From NCBI RefSeq assembly GCF_009914755.1, contig NC_060936.1: a stretch of DNA of 64,000 nucleotides, one strand, 5' to 3'. Below are positions 48,725-63,767 of the stretch, piece after piece (within the stretch, counting starts at the first letter, position 1; each line of letters starts with the position of its first letter). The notes below the pieces were generated by a model. It saw only the letters and a program-made list of their open reading frames with translations, made no database searches and was not told where the DNA came from. A program made the translations under genes and the position numbers. The stretch is from the human T2T-CHM13v2.0 reference genome, Homo sapiens.

Positions 48725-50014
48725 GTACATATTAAAATATGTTGTTCAAAAGCAACTTTGATTAGTTCCATTTTCATGAACAATCCTTTGAGTTAGGTTA
48801 TGTTATTCATTTGAAATACAGTGGATTCCATTGTTTATGTTTGCATTCAGTTTTAGAGACTATTCCCCCATCTTTGTTTATTTTAAAAAACATACAGAAC
48901 ATTAGCATGCTTTCAAAATAAGAACTATACAAAACCATATACACAAAGAAGCGTTACTTTCTCCCCAATCTCTTCCATTGCATTTCCTCTACTCCAATGG
49001 GCAAACAATTTTATTTAGCTTCTTATTTATCATTCCTGTTATTTTTGCAAAATTAATTGCAAACATGAATAAAGGATATTTTCTTATTTCCTCTTGCTTC
49101 TTGCAAAAAGGTAGCATACTATAGATACTGTTTTGTACTTAACATATCCTAGAAATCCATATAAATCTACAAGAGATATTCCTCTTTTTAAAAATATATA
49201 GATGCATGATACTGCATTATATGCTTGTATCATATTTTATTCAACTGTTTTTTATTTGTGTATTTAGGTGGTTTCCAATATTTTGCAATCACAAATAATG
49301 TTGCAAAGAATGGCCTTGTGCATATGTATTTTCATATCGCGGAGTACATCATCAGAGTAAATTCCTAGGAGTAAGATTGCTGAGTCAAAGGATAAAAGCA
49401 TATGTAATATTGTTAGATATTGTCATATCCTCCTTCATGAGGATTGTACCATTTTGCATTCCCACCAACAATGTATAAGGGCTTTTGTTGCCTGTCAGTC
49501 TTGCCAACTTTTAAATTTTTGCAATCTAATAGGTTAGATGTAGTATCTTTGTCTTCTTTCAGTTTGCATTTCTTGTATTATTAATAAAACTGGTCATCTA
49601 TTTATGTTTAATATAGATATGTAATCTGTTAATGTTCACTTTTTTCTAAAGGATTTTTGGTGTTTTTCTTTACAGTTCTTCATATATCAGATAAATTAGT
49701 ACTTCGTGACATATGTTGCAAATAGTTATTCTCAATCTGTTGTTTGCCCTTTGACTTTGCTTGTGGTGGGGTTCTGAGGGGTTTTTTTTTGTTTGTTTGT
49801 TTGTTTGTTTTTGCAATGCAAAAGGTTTTGATTTTTATGTGGTGAAATTTATCAATTTTTAGAAATTGTATCTGAATTCTAAGTCATATTTAGGTAGCAT
49901 TCCCTCCACTCAGGCTATAGAGAAAATCATCCCGATTTTCCTTTAGCATTGTTAGGTCAATATTTTAACATTTAGATTTCTGATTCATTTGGAGTTTATT
50001 CTTATGTATGGTAT

Positions 50015-50409
50015 TGTTAAAAGAAAAACCTTAGCCAAATTAAATTTAACAGAGTTTAATTGAGCAAAGAACAATTCATGAATTGACAGATTCCAGGGCT
50101 AGAGTAAGCTCCGAGGGACTCCAGGGCAGCCACATGGTGGAATATTTATAGACAGAAGAAGGAAAGTGACATACAGAAAACAGAAGTGAGGTAAAGAAAC
50201 AGCCAGATTGGTTACAGCTTGGCATTCGCCTTATTTGAATGTGGTTTGAACAGTTGGCCCCCTTAGGGTGGCCCAAACTCAGTGAGTGGCACAAGAGTAG
50301 GTTACAGCCTGTTTATACCTTTAAGTTACAGTTCACTACATACACAGAAATCTTTAGGCTGAACTGAAAATATGTAAGGAGGCAGCTTTAGGCTAACCTT
50401 GATTTAACA
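50015..50409 (-). mobile_element. MER57(B)-like ERV1 solo LTR
   Basis: TG...CA termini; TATGTAAGGAGGCAGCTTTAGGCTAA near the end; 4-bp TSD GTAT at 50011-50014 and 50410-50413. Confidence 0.85.
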
Positions 50410-50528
50410 GTATGATGAATTGATCAAATTTTATCTTTAAAATAATTTTCAATTACATGGAGAAATGCACCTAGGAATGACAATTCAAAAAGAGGAAGAT
50501 AAAAAATTGTTCAATATGATACCTACAT

Positions 50529-51344
50529 TGGCAAAAAAAAAAAAAAGTCAAACTCTGTAAAATATTTTAAGATTTCAGAGGCTTATTCTGAGCCAAATAT
50601 GAATGATCATGGCCTGAGGCACAGTCTCAAGAGGTCCTGAGAACATATACCCAAGGTGGTTTGGGTTACAGCTTGGTTTGATACATCATTCAATGCATGT
50701 GAGATATACATTGGTTTGGAACGCAAAGGTGAGACAATGCAAAGCGGGAAGGGGGTGGGGCTGAAGGTCAGAGGTGGATTCAAAGATTTTCTGATTGGCA
50801 ATTGGTTGGAAGAGTTAGGTTACCATCTGAAGACGTGGAATCAATAGAAAAGAGTGTCTGGGTTAAAATAAGGGGTGGTGGAGACCAAGGGTCTTAAGAA
50901 GTCCTTAGGTGGCCACCCTTAGAGATAATAGATGGCAAATGTTTCCTATTCACACCTTTAAAAGGGGCTAGAATCTCGATTAATCTCTTCAGGATTTCAG
51001 GGCCTGGAAGGGAAAAGATCTAATTATGTTAATAGAGATTCTTTACAGATGCAAACTATCCCCCACAAAAGACGGCTTTGCAGAGCCATTTCAAAATATG
51101 GCAAAGAAATATATTTTGAGGTTTTTCAGTCTAGTTAAAAAAAAAGTGAGGTAAAATATTTTGATTTCCTTTTTAATCTATCATGTGATGTTATGCAGAG
51201 TCAGACTGGAAAGGAAGCCACATTGTGTAGGGTTAAATAAAACCCATCTGGTGAGATTTTTTTGGTTTTCAGGATGTGAGTTCCCAGGCCCTTAGATAGG
51301 AATTTGGGCAAGAGAGAAAAAAGATCAGAGTTTAGACCTCACCA
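50529..51344 (-). mobile_element. MER4-family (B/D/E-like) ERV1 solo LTR
   Basis: TTATTCTGAGCCAAATATGA...TCAAGAGGTCCTGAGAACAT; CTTAGATAGGAATTTGGGCAAG; 4-bp TSD ACAT at 50525-50528 and 51345-51348. Confidence 0.85.
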
Positions 51345-52184
51345 ACATGCATACATAGAAAACAGATTATCAATAGAAGGAAATGTACCAAACATCATAA
51401 ATATTTATGTCTGCTTAATAATATTATAGGGAATTTAGTTTTTTCTTCAGTGTGCTTTTCATATTTTCTATAAGGAACTTGTATTACTTCATAATCAGGA
51501 AAAAGCAGTACATGTACTTTAATTTTTTTAAAAAAGATCAAGACTTGGCCCTGCTTTTTTTTCTTTGTAGTCGAGAAAAAGACTTAGAAAATACATGTTT
51601 AGTTGAAGTAAAATAAGAACAGGATCAATACATCCTTTTTCTCCCTCTTCTCTTTGCACATCCTCTCTCTGCCTCTTCTCATGGTTTTTCCTCTATCTTC
51701 TCACTCCCCATGTCTAACATAACAGTAAAATGCATGCAGAAAATGAGCAAGCCTTCTACAGCAGAATATTTTATTGCTGCAAAAGCTACTTGGGGTTAAT
51801 TTGTTCATAAAACACCACTGTAAGTTATGACAAGAACTTAGAGACCACAATGCTAATGGATAATGTAAAGCCCTCTGGCATACCAAATACTCCTTCGCTC
51901 TTAGCTAACAGTCTTGAAACAAGCAACAGGAACCCTATTACAAGGCTTTCTCTGTGTTATCCTAGAGGGTGTAAAATTCCAGGTCCCTTCATTTTAGCAG
52001 CTGAGTGGTCAGGGGAGAATTATTGCTTCCTTTATTTTATGGCCCTAGTGAGTCTCCAGGATGTGCAACTGAAAAATCAATACCAGATGGCTCAGTAGGA
52101 GACAGGTCTAATGGTTCTGCGTTGTTCTCAATCTCCCCAAGAGGAAAGCTATACAGTGGGTTACTCAGGATTGTTATCTCCAGT

Positions 52185-52390
52185 GGTTAATAACATTCGT
52201 TCAGTGTTCACAGTGTGCTGAGGTCTGTCTTACATCGTCTCACGAAATCACCACTGCAACCCTGTAAGGTAGGTATGGTATTATGTCATATATATTATTT
52301 GTGTCATAGCTGAGGTATAAGTGACTTTCCCTAAATCAGACCCTGGAGGTGGCAGAATCAGAATTTGAACACATAATTTTTTCAGCACCA
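52185..52390 (-). mobile_element. MIR
   Basis: CAACCCTGTAAGGTAGGTA...AAGTGACTTTCCC...AGAATTTGAAC. Confidence 0.65.
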
Positions 52391-52531
52391 GTGTCAGTGC
52401 TTTGAAGTCTATTTTGATGCCATTGGGTGAAATGTTGGTACCAAGAAACAAGTAAGTTAACATCTCAGTGTATCAGTGAAATCTACGACATATCCAGACA
52501 GAACAAAGTCTCCTTTGAATATCTTTTCTAG

Positions 52532-52900
52532 CAGCCTTTCTCAATGGGAGTTTCACAAGAAAATTAAACTCTACCAAAAACTGATTTGAATATTATTTTC
52601 TCATTTCTTCCAAGGAGGATGGCACATAACTAATATTATAGATGCAAATGAGAGAAGTTAATTCATTGTATACAATAGATGCCTTAAGGCATCAGGGTTT
52701 ATTTTTTTCTCTCTCTCTGTCTCTCTTCTATCTCTCAAGTATTTGCAAGGGTAACAAAGATACACTGCAATTATCAGCTGAATTTTCCCCAGTTCCATTA
52801 ACAACACTTGAAGGAGGTCTTTTACTTAGGACTTTATATTGCCGACAAAAGGATAAATGCTATATTGAGTATTGTTACTCGCTACCAACCTAAGCAACCA
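52532..52900. mobile_element. hAT-Charlie DNA transposon fragment
   Basis: Starts CAGCCTTTCTCAA (Charlie-type TIR); GAGAAGTTAATTCATTG...GATGCCTTA. Confidence 0.45.
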
Positions 52901-53059
52901 CTTATAACACAACAGACTACAAATAAGATATGGAGTGCTTCTGGTAGTCACTTTAATCCTTCATTGTTAAGGGATAGGCAAATTAAATTCTGAGCTGGGA
53001 GGACCAAAAGAGAAGTTCCTCACCTTGCCCTTTGCCCTATGTATATCGTTTTTTGGGGG

Positions 53060-53352
53060 TTATGTTTTGTTTCGTTTTGTTTTTGAGACAGGGTCTCACT
53101 TTATCACCCAGGCTGGATGGAGTGCAGTGGCCCCATTTTGAACACCTGGGCTCAAATGATCCTCCCACGTCAGCCTCTCAAGTAGCTGGGCCCACAGGCA
53201 CACATCACCATGCTCAGCTAATTTTTGTACATTTGTAGAGATGGGGTTTCATCATGTTGTCCAGGCTTGTCTCAAACTCCTGGGTTTAAGCGATCCCCCC
53301 ACCTCAGCCTCCCAAAGTGTTGGGATTACAGGTGTGAGCCACTGCACACACC
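53060..53352 (-). mobile_element. AluJ
   Basis: GAGACAGGGTCTCAC, CCTGGGCTCAAATGATCCTCCC (AluJ diagnostics). Confidence 0.88.
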
Positions 53353-54292
53353 AATCCTCTTTTTTTAATTTGTCTTATTCATCTTTGCTTGGTGATCCTT
53401 TTTGGAGTTCTGCACTCCCTATTGGAGGAGGATTTACACGTTACTACTTATATTAATACAATTACTCAGAGTTCAAACTTTAACTACAAAATCTCCATCA
53501 AAGCTAATTTATATCTCTGAAATGTATTGCTTCTGACTTGCTAGTCAAGAAATAATGGCACTTGGAGTAGTATGTTTGGATAGTGGTGCATACTCTGCAG
53601 TTTGTTTGGATAGCAGTGTGCATGTTCTGTAAATTCCAAATAACTAGGACTTCCTGTTCAATTTCTCTCCCTTTCTTTCTTACTGTCCCTTAATCTTGCT
53701 CTTTTGTTTTTCAAGAGATCAACGATCAGGTTAAGTGCGAGGTGAAAAGGTCTTTCCTTTTGATACTGATATTCCCATAACTTAATGAGTGTCGTTGTTC
53801 ATGGTTAGATGTGACAATTTGGTTGCTTCATGCTGGCTTTCATTTCAGCAAATCTACCATAGATAGCTATCAATGATTGTTTGATGTTCCAGAAAATACC
53901 CTCATGCTAGATAGTTTGATGCCAAAGAATGTCTTTTTTTCAGTAAATATGAAATGTTTCAATAATATTTGCTCTCTGTAGAAAAGTAAAAAGTATAAAT
54001 TTCATGAAGTGTTTTCAAGAAAGTTTATAGGATGTCTTATAGACTGTTAGTTGGCTTGCAGAGTCTAAATACCAGCAACATCAATGACAACATGAAAAGT
54101 GTCACAGAGCATGCCAAGCTCTCGTTTTTCATCTTTGGATACTTGATATAGTGGAATGATGCCAGAGTTCCTGAACTATTTCTTTGTCTCACCCTCTATT
54201 AAACCTCCAGTCACATGGGGCTTGTAATTAAGAGCATGGGCTTCAGACTCAGAGCACTCAAGCACAACTCCACCATTCCTAGGTAATAATAC

Positions 54293-55132
<840 letters not shown>

Positions 55133-55164
55133 CTAATAATCATTCTAATTTTTTTTACCATGAT

Positions 55165-55395
55165 TGATATTTATTGAGTACACAATGAATGCCAAACATT
55201 ATGCTAATAACTTGTATGGATCATCTAATTTACTCCTCACAACCACCGTAGAAAGAAGATACCATTATTATTTTCATTCCATAGGTGAGACAACTAAGAT
55301 AAAGAAAAGTTAAGCAACTCGTCCAAAGTCACACTGCCTGTGGGAGTCTGGATTCCAAATCAGGCAATCTGACTACACTGCTCTATGCTGTTCTG
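55165..55395 (-). mobile_element. MIR
   Basis: ATTTATTGAGTAC...TCCTCACAACCACC...GTCCAAAGTCACAC. Confidence 0.75.
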
Positions 55396-55849
55396 CTAAA
55401 TAAAAAACTCTTAGCAAAATATGATGTCACCCCTGTGATCCTTGCAACCAACTTAAAGCATTGGACATTTAAGCAGAAGTTCCTAATTTAAAGAACTAAA
55501 CTCAGAAGCTTTTCATTGTTGCTCATTGTAAGAATTAAGTAGCTAAAGCATCGTCCATAATCAGTTGCCACTATCCTTGGGAAGGTAAAGCTTGAAAAAA
55601 AAATATTTTCCCACCAAGAACAACAATGAGATCATTATCTTTGAGATTAGGAAGTGTGAACTGCTTAAATCTTCATTCAAAGACTGTAATCTCTCTCCCA
55701 AATTTTCATCCTTCTTAGGATGGTTGTGAGGGCATTTTACACATCCTAATGGCATTGGGCACACAGGTCTATGGTTCTATGTGTGATCTTTTGTGCTTTA
55801 AAATGTTCCTGGGATTTGTTTTAATTAGGAATGGCAAGACATGCAGATG

Positions 55850-56280
55850 GAGAAATGACTGTTATGAACAGAGAAATGGCTGTCATGCAAGGCCACATGG
55901 GGAAGCACAAAAGTCAGTGAGGAGGCAAAGGGAGCAAGAGGAAAGCATGGGAAAGAGCCTTTATTGTGGTTTTCACAGGAAGGAAATGGTGAGGCAGGGT
56001 AAACAGGTTTAAGATTGGCTAGGGACTGCCCCTAGTTATCTGATACCTGGCCCTGGGATGAATAAGGCAGGGCTACAGTGGCTTGGCCCAGTAGAGGAGG
56101 TGGTTGAAGGTATGGGGCCTGGATTGGTTGATTTGCATTTGAAGAATGGACTCCTGGGCAAGTGTTTTCTATCTCTAAGATTTAGCTAACCCTGGGAAGA
56201 GCAGACTCTCCCCAGCAAGCAGGGTCCCAAGATGTCAAAGTATCATAACATACAGAAAATAAGAAAACATGATTAATATA
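55850..56280 (-). mobile_element. ERVL LTR (MER76-like)
   Basis: GAGCCTTTATTGTGGTTT...GAGGCAGGGTAA...GATTGGCTAG...CCTGGCCCTGGG; ends AAACATGATTAATATA. Confidence 0.55.
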
Positions 56281-56869
56281 CTCTAGTTAAAGTGTCTTAT
56301 CCCATTTGTCTCCAACATTGTCCTTGGTCCTTAACTATTTCTACTTTTAAAGTGTCTGGAACCCTTGCCACCTTGCTTGATACGAGCAAGGTGTTTGCTT
56401 CAGAAGAGCTCAGCTTTCTCCCTGGCTGACTAGGCCCCAATCTCTGCTATTCTTTATACTGATGATTCTTTAATTTTAACTACAACTGCTATGCAACCCA
56501 AGCTTATGCAGGTGGTTAGCAAAGGGGTTGAGAGAAATGGCAATACGAAGGCAGCTTGTGTCCTTTTGGAATCACTGAGAAGTTTACCTTACAGAATATC
56601 TTACAGAATGCCAACAGCATTCAGTTGCAGTGGAGTCAAAATGGCAGCATGATGTATTTAGGCAGAGGGAGGGTCTGGGTCAGAAGCCCCAAATTTTCAG
56701 CAGCTCCTGTTTGACATTGAAGAGATGCAGAGGTTTACTAGCATCCGCTATGAGGGTGAGAGGAAAGAATGTTACTTGGGGTAGAAAAGAAGTATCAAGT
56801 GACTTTTTTTGCACGTAAGAGATGCAGCGTGTAAATTGTTAACTCCAATCTACAGAGAATATTTGGTAA

Positions 56870-58700
<1,831 letters not shown>

Positions 58701-58946
58701 GGAGGGATCTCATTAATCTGAAAAAAGGATCTTGTGAAAAATATTAATATTAATATCTTCATTGATGACTCAATTACCATCTAATGTTCATAGCCATTTA
58801 TCAATGTTTTCAGAAATACTACAATAGCCTTAAATCCTCTATTCAGAGCCTTTTTGGCATGATCCACTTCCTGGGTTGCAACAGAATTTTTGAGACTAGA
58901 TGACAAAAATTGCTGCAATGATTTCTGGGCTTTATTCTCGTAGATT

Positions 58947-59504
58947 TGTCAGAGGTGTTTGAACACAGCAACTCCATCTTGAATAGGGGCTGGGTAAAAT
59001 AAAGCTAAGACCTGCTGGTCCGCATTCCCAGGAGGTAAGGCATTCTAAGTCACAGAATGAGATAGGAGGTCAGCACAAGATACAGGTCATAAAGAGGTTG
59101 ATAAAAGAGGGTGCTGATAAAAGAGGTTGTAGTAAAGAAGTTGGCTAAAACCCACCAAAGACGGTGATGAGAGTGGCCTCTGGTCGTCCTCACTGCTATA
59201 CTCCCATCAGTGCCATGACAATTAGAAATGCCATGGCAACGTCAGGAAGTTACCCTACATGGTCTAAAAGGAGGAGGCATGAATAATCCAACCCTTGCTT
59301 AGCATATGGTCAAGAAATAATTATAAAAATGGGCAACCAGCAGCCTTTGGGTCTGCTCTGCCTATGGAGTAACCATTCCTTTATTCCTTCACTTTCCTAA
59401 TAAACTTGCTTTCACTTTACTGTATGGACTTGCCCTGAATTCTTTCTCACACGAGATCCAAAACCCTCTCTTGGGGTCTGGATCGGGACTCCTTTCTAGT
59501 AACA
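58947..59504 (+). mobile_element. MER41A-like ERV1 solo LTR
   Basis: TGTCAGAGGTGTTTGAAC...GCAACTCCATCTTGAATAGGGGCTGGGTAAAAT to GGGTCTGGATCGGGAC...GTAACA; 558 bp; 4-bp TSD GATT at 58943-58946 and 59505-59508. Confidence 0.92.
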
Positions 59505-59530
59505 GATTGAACATTATTCTCAAGTACTTA

Positions 59531-59560
59531 TTTGTTTGTTTGTTTGTTTGTTTGTTTGTT
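59531..59560. repeat. (TTTG)n microsatellite
   Basis: Seen directly. Confidence 0.95.
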
Positions 59561-61094
59561 TTCAGAATCTGCATCCTGGTCATTGAAGCTACATGTAGAA
59601 CGTGAGAGTATTAAATAACTGAACAGCCTTGGCATGCCTAGGCAGATATCCCAAAACTTGTATTCTCTACCTTCTGCTGACCTATTTGGCAAGACATTTC
59701 TGCCCAACATTAAAGAAAATCTTTTATTGGAAATGACTCAAAATTCTATGGCACAGTGAGGCAGTCTTACATGTTTTCAGAATCTTGAGTTCTTTTTCCA
59801 TTTTGAATCATGGGAAATTCTAGTGTATGGAGAGAGATTTTATGAGCTTGGTTATATTTTATGTAATTGTTCCAGAGAATATGCTTTGTGAGTTAATTTA
59901 TGTGTTAATAACTACCACCCAAAGGGCAAATGATATACAAATTATTAAACGAGCCTATCTGCATATTCTCTTTTTTTGGACAATTACTTTTCCCAAATAA
60001 CACCAATCAGACAGCTATAATTCGTTTTTGTCCTGCTAATAGAGATCTAGCAATCAGAGAAGTCATTATCTGAGGCTATAAGGAAGACTGTTTCTTAGAA
60101 TGTCTTATAGTCATAGGTTTCATTTAAATAATAAGAAAATTACCAGTTTACTTCATGAGAGCAATATAAATGTTTTGACCTAATATGTGAACATTTTGGT
60201 TTACTTTTTTTCACTGATCTACTTTATAACAAGTCTCAATATGATGCTGCTTCTGTATATATAGGAGTTAGGCAAACTCAGATGAGACCATTAAAAAAAG
60301 AATATTCAAAATAGGTATCAAAGTGGGGAGGGGAATAAGCTCAGAGTATTTTTCTCTAACCCTTTTCTGAACAGTTTAACTCTGAAACACAGCCACTGTT
60401 CAGCAAAACTATAAGACAAACAAACTGATATGAATTTGGTGCCCTTCTACCTCTTTTTGTGCCTCCCTCCTTTCTCCTCTTCCATTGTAATTCATACTCC
60501 CATGGTGTGTAGCACTGCCTTTCATTGCATTCTGTAGATTTGGGCAGCACCCAGGGCATCAAAATGACACTTCCTACCTCCCCTCACATCAAAATCCTAT
60601 TTCTGTAGTACTGCGCTCTGAGGCATTAGCTCTGGAATAAAGTAATTCCTCGCTAACTTGCTAATGATTAGTGATGACTCTATATGGGCCTCTACAGAGA
60701 GCAACTCTGTAGGAACTGTCTAGAGTTCCTCTAATTGTTGTATGGGCCTACTCACACATCCCATCTCTCCTGGTAATGCCGGCACCATTCAGAGACCCAA
60801 GAGACTGCAGGGTCATAGAGCAAATTCAGTGCCAAATTCAGCCATATTGACTTTGTCTTCTTGAGTATTTCAGAGGACATCGCAGTAAAATGATCACAGA
60901 TAACTTATAATACTGGAAAAGCAATTTCTGTGATTCAAAGCCTGAAGAGCACTCAGGATTTCATAATAATTCTGTAAAGTCTACCAAGCCTTCAGAGGGG
61001 ATTATCCTGGGATTTGGGGGAGGGAGACATAGTATAGTTAATGACAGCTCCAGGAAGTCACTTCTTTGCAAATAACATTAGACAAACCACTCTG

Positions 61095-61150
61095 ATATTT
61101 TGTAAACATATATTTTGTAAACAAACTGCTATATGTAAACATATAGCAGT
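61095..61150. promoter_or_regulatory. Three GTAAACA forkhead motifs and a perfect 12-bp inverted repeat
   Basis: GTAAACA at 61102, 61117 and 61135; ACTGCTATATGT-AA-ACATATAGCAGT at 61125-61150. Function not shown. Confidence 0.35.
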
Positions 61151-61483
61151 CAGAAAAAGTATGGGAAAACATTTTTAAAGTGAATATTGGAAAGTGAAAT
61201 GGTTCTTGTTAAGTCTTAAAAACTTAGGAGGCATAGAATTCAGAATAAAGCCTAGATACCTAAAGTCTATTTGTTTTTTAAGCTTCGGTTAAAGACTTCG
61301 GAGCCTTTGAAAATTAAATCCAGAGCAAATCCAGTAGGAGGATTATATGGTAAATATACAGATGTTTGGAATGAGGGTGGGTTTTTTTGTTTGTTTGTTT
61401 TTGTCCTTAGAAATAATTATGTACATGAAAGAGGATTGACTAGTAAATGGACATAGATTGACTCTACTATTAAAACTATCCAG

Positions 61484-61793
61484 GGTCAGGCACGTTGGCT
61501 CACACCTGTAATCCCAGCACTTTGGCAGGCCGAGGTGGGCAGATCACCTGAGGTCAGGAGTTCAAGACCAGCCTGGCTAACCCCGTTTCTACTAAAAATA
61601 CAAAAATTAGCTGGGCGTGGTTGCACTCACCTGTAGTCCCAGCTACTAGGGTAGCTGAGCCAAGAGAATTGCTTGAACTGAACTGGGGAGGCAGAGGTTG
61701 CAGTAAGCCAGGATCGCGCCACCGCACTCCAGCCTGGGCAACAAAGCAAGACTGCATCTCAAAAATAAATAATACATACATACATACATACAT
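61484..61793 (+). mobile_element. AluS with ~10-bp deletion and (ATAC)n tail
   Basis: Dimer with GATCACCTGAGGTCAGGAG; CATGGTGAAA is missing. Confidence 0.9.
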
Positions 61794-62010
61794 CTGAAAT
61801 ATTTTAGTTTCCTTCTGTAATGTGTGTAGGTGTGTGTGTGCCTAATGAAATCTAATGAACTATGAAGTGAATAGGAATTTTAAAAGCCTAAGTGACTTTA
61901 GTTTCCTCTGTTAGAAAGTCATAATCACCTAATTTATACTGCAACCTTTTATTCTATGATGTGAGTAAGTAAACATTGAACAGAAACTACTATTAGGGAA
62001 CAATGTTTTC

Positions 62011-62040
62011 CTTTTTTTTTTTTTTTGAGACGGAGTCTCG
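62011..62040 (-). mobile_element. Extremely 5'-truncated Alu (14 nt of body plus polyA)
   Basis: T15 followed by GAGACGGAGTCTCG, flanked by AGGGA(A/G)CAATGTTTTC at 61995-62010 and 62041-62056. Confidence 0.85.
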
Positions 62041-62090
62041 AGGGAGCAATGTTTTCTACAGTTCCTTTTGAGAAAAGAGGAAATAGACTG

Positions 62091-62640
62091 TGAAGAGGAT
62101 CAGAACATGTCACCCCAAAATATACCACTTTGGCACTTTGGCATATTTATTATTTTGAGCTGAAAGCCATTGAGAAACAGCAGCAGGGAGGAGTCTCTGT
62201 CTTTCCCCTTTCTACCTTAAGGCAAGGCATACATTTCCCATGAGAAAGGTGACCTCCTATAGGAGGAGGAGAACATTCTTATCACCAAAGGCAAGCCTTA
62301 CTATGAATAAAATAGTTCCTATCATCCATTAGTTTCCCCATATATTTTCTAGTTACTTTCCCACACTTCCCCACCCTTAGCCCAAACCTCTTTTTCCTTT
62401 GCTTTGTCATGTCTCCATTATTTATTGCTCTTTGTGAGAATGATATAGAAGACCCTGGGCCTAACGGCTTCCTTAGAATTTTCACTTCTTTCTATGAAGC
62501 CCCCAGCACCACATAAAAATATTAACATCAAACAAAATCTGTATGCTTTTTCTCCTATTAATCTGCCTTTTGTCAGTCCAATTTACAGGTCACAGCAACA
62601 GAACCTAAGAGAATAGAGTAAAAGTCTTTCCTCCCCCACA
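62091..62640 (+). mobile_element. MER34/MER31-like ERV1 solo LTR
   Basis: TGAAGAGGATCAGAACATGTCACCCCAAAATATACCACTTTGGCA...TTTTGAGCTGAA; ends TTTCCTCCCCCACA; TSD ACTG/ACTA. Confidence 0.75.
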
Positions 62641-62740
62641 ACTACAAATATAAAAGGTTTAGATGTGAGCTTCAAGTTATCTCAGGAAATTTTTTCAAAA
62701 GGGACAAGTATTGACCCATATTTCTGTGCTCATAAAATTC

Positions 62741-63031
62741 TTTTTTTTTTTTTTTTTTTTTTTGAGATGGAGTCTCGCTCTGTCACCAGGCTGGAGTGCG
62801 GTGACAACTGCAAGCTCTGCCTCCATGGGTTCACGCCATTCTCCTGCCTCAGCCTCCCAAGTAGCTGGGACTGCAGGCGTGTGCCACCACACCCAGCTAA
62901 GTTTTGTATTTTTAGTAGAGACGGGGTTTCACCATGTTGGGCAGGATGGTCTCAATCTCCTAACCTTGTGATCCGCCCACCTCGGCCTCCCAAAGTGCTG
63001 GGATTACAGGTGTGAGCCACCGCGCACAGCC
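62741..63031 (-). mobile_element. Alu (Sc/Y-like) with short internal deletion
   Basis: Reverse dimer, GCAAGCTC...TTCACGCCATTCTCC; TSD AAAATTCTT. Confidence 0.9.
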
Positions 63032-63054
63032 AAAATTCTTACCTTACTAAAAAT

Positions 63055-63630
63055 TCTTAGCTTGTGAAGAAAACTAAGACCAACTAGCTTAAGAAAAAAA
63101 TGTGTTGTCTCATATAATTGAAAAGCAAAGTTGGCTTTAGCCATAACTAGATCGGGGAGCTTAAAAACTGTCATTGGTACTTAATTTCTCCATCTTTCCA
63201 ACTCATGGTTCTATCTTTTTCTTTGTTGATTGTGCTTCCAGGCAGACTTTCCCCTTATGATATCAAGATGGCTCACCAGCAGCTCCAAACTCACATCTCT
63301 GCCAGCATGACAACTCTAGAGGAAAAAGTAATTTTATTTTTCAATTGTCCCTATAAAACTCCAGGATTGAGTCTCATTAAACCAACATGTAACTAAAGAT
63401 TAAACACTATACCATCATGGGATTAGCATGGTGACCAAGAGTATGGGGTACACTGAGTTGCTAAATCTAGTTATTTGCCATTCCTTGGAGCTAAGGGTGG
63501 GTCACCTCTACACTAACCACGTAGACTGAGGGTAAGAGGATAGTGGTTCCCCAAAGGAAAAAGAAAATGCTGCTATCAAAAGAAGAACAAGTAAATGCTG
63601 AATAGATAAAAACAACAGATGTTCACCACT
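63055..63630 (-). mobile_element. Old MLT1 (J/K-like) LTR
   Basis: AACTAGCTTAAG...CTCATATAATTGAAAAG...AAGATGGCT...GTTCCCCAAAGGAAAA...TGCTG. Confidence 0.55.
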
Positions 63631-63639
63631 TTCCCACAT

Positions 63640-63716
63640 GCTGTGAGCTATGATCATGCAACTGCACTCCAGCCTGGGGGACAGAGTGAGACCCTAGTCA
63701 ATAAATAATAAATAAA
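63640..63716 (+). mobile_element. AluJ 3' fragment
   Basis: GTGAGCTATGATCATGCAACTGCACTCCAGCCTGGGGGACAGAGTGAGACCCT plus (AATA)n. Confidence 0.85.
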
Positions 63717-63767
63717 CTTATTATTTATTTATATATATATTTATATATTTATTTATTTATTTATTTA

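Noticed and set aside
58947-59504. MER41 interferon-inducible enhancer
   Set aside because: The tandem GAS block characteristic of MER41B is absent.
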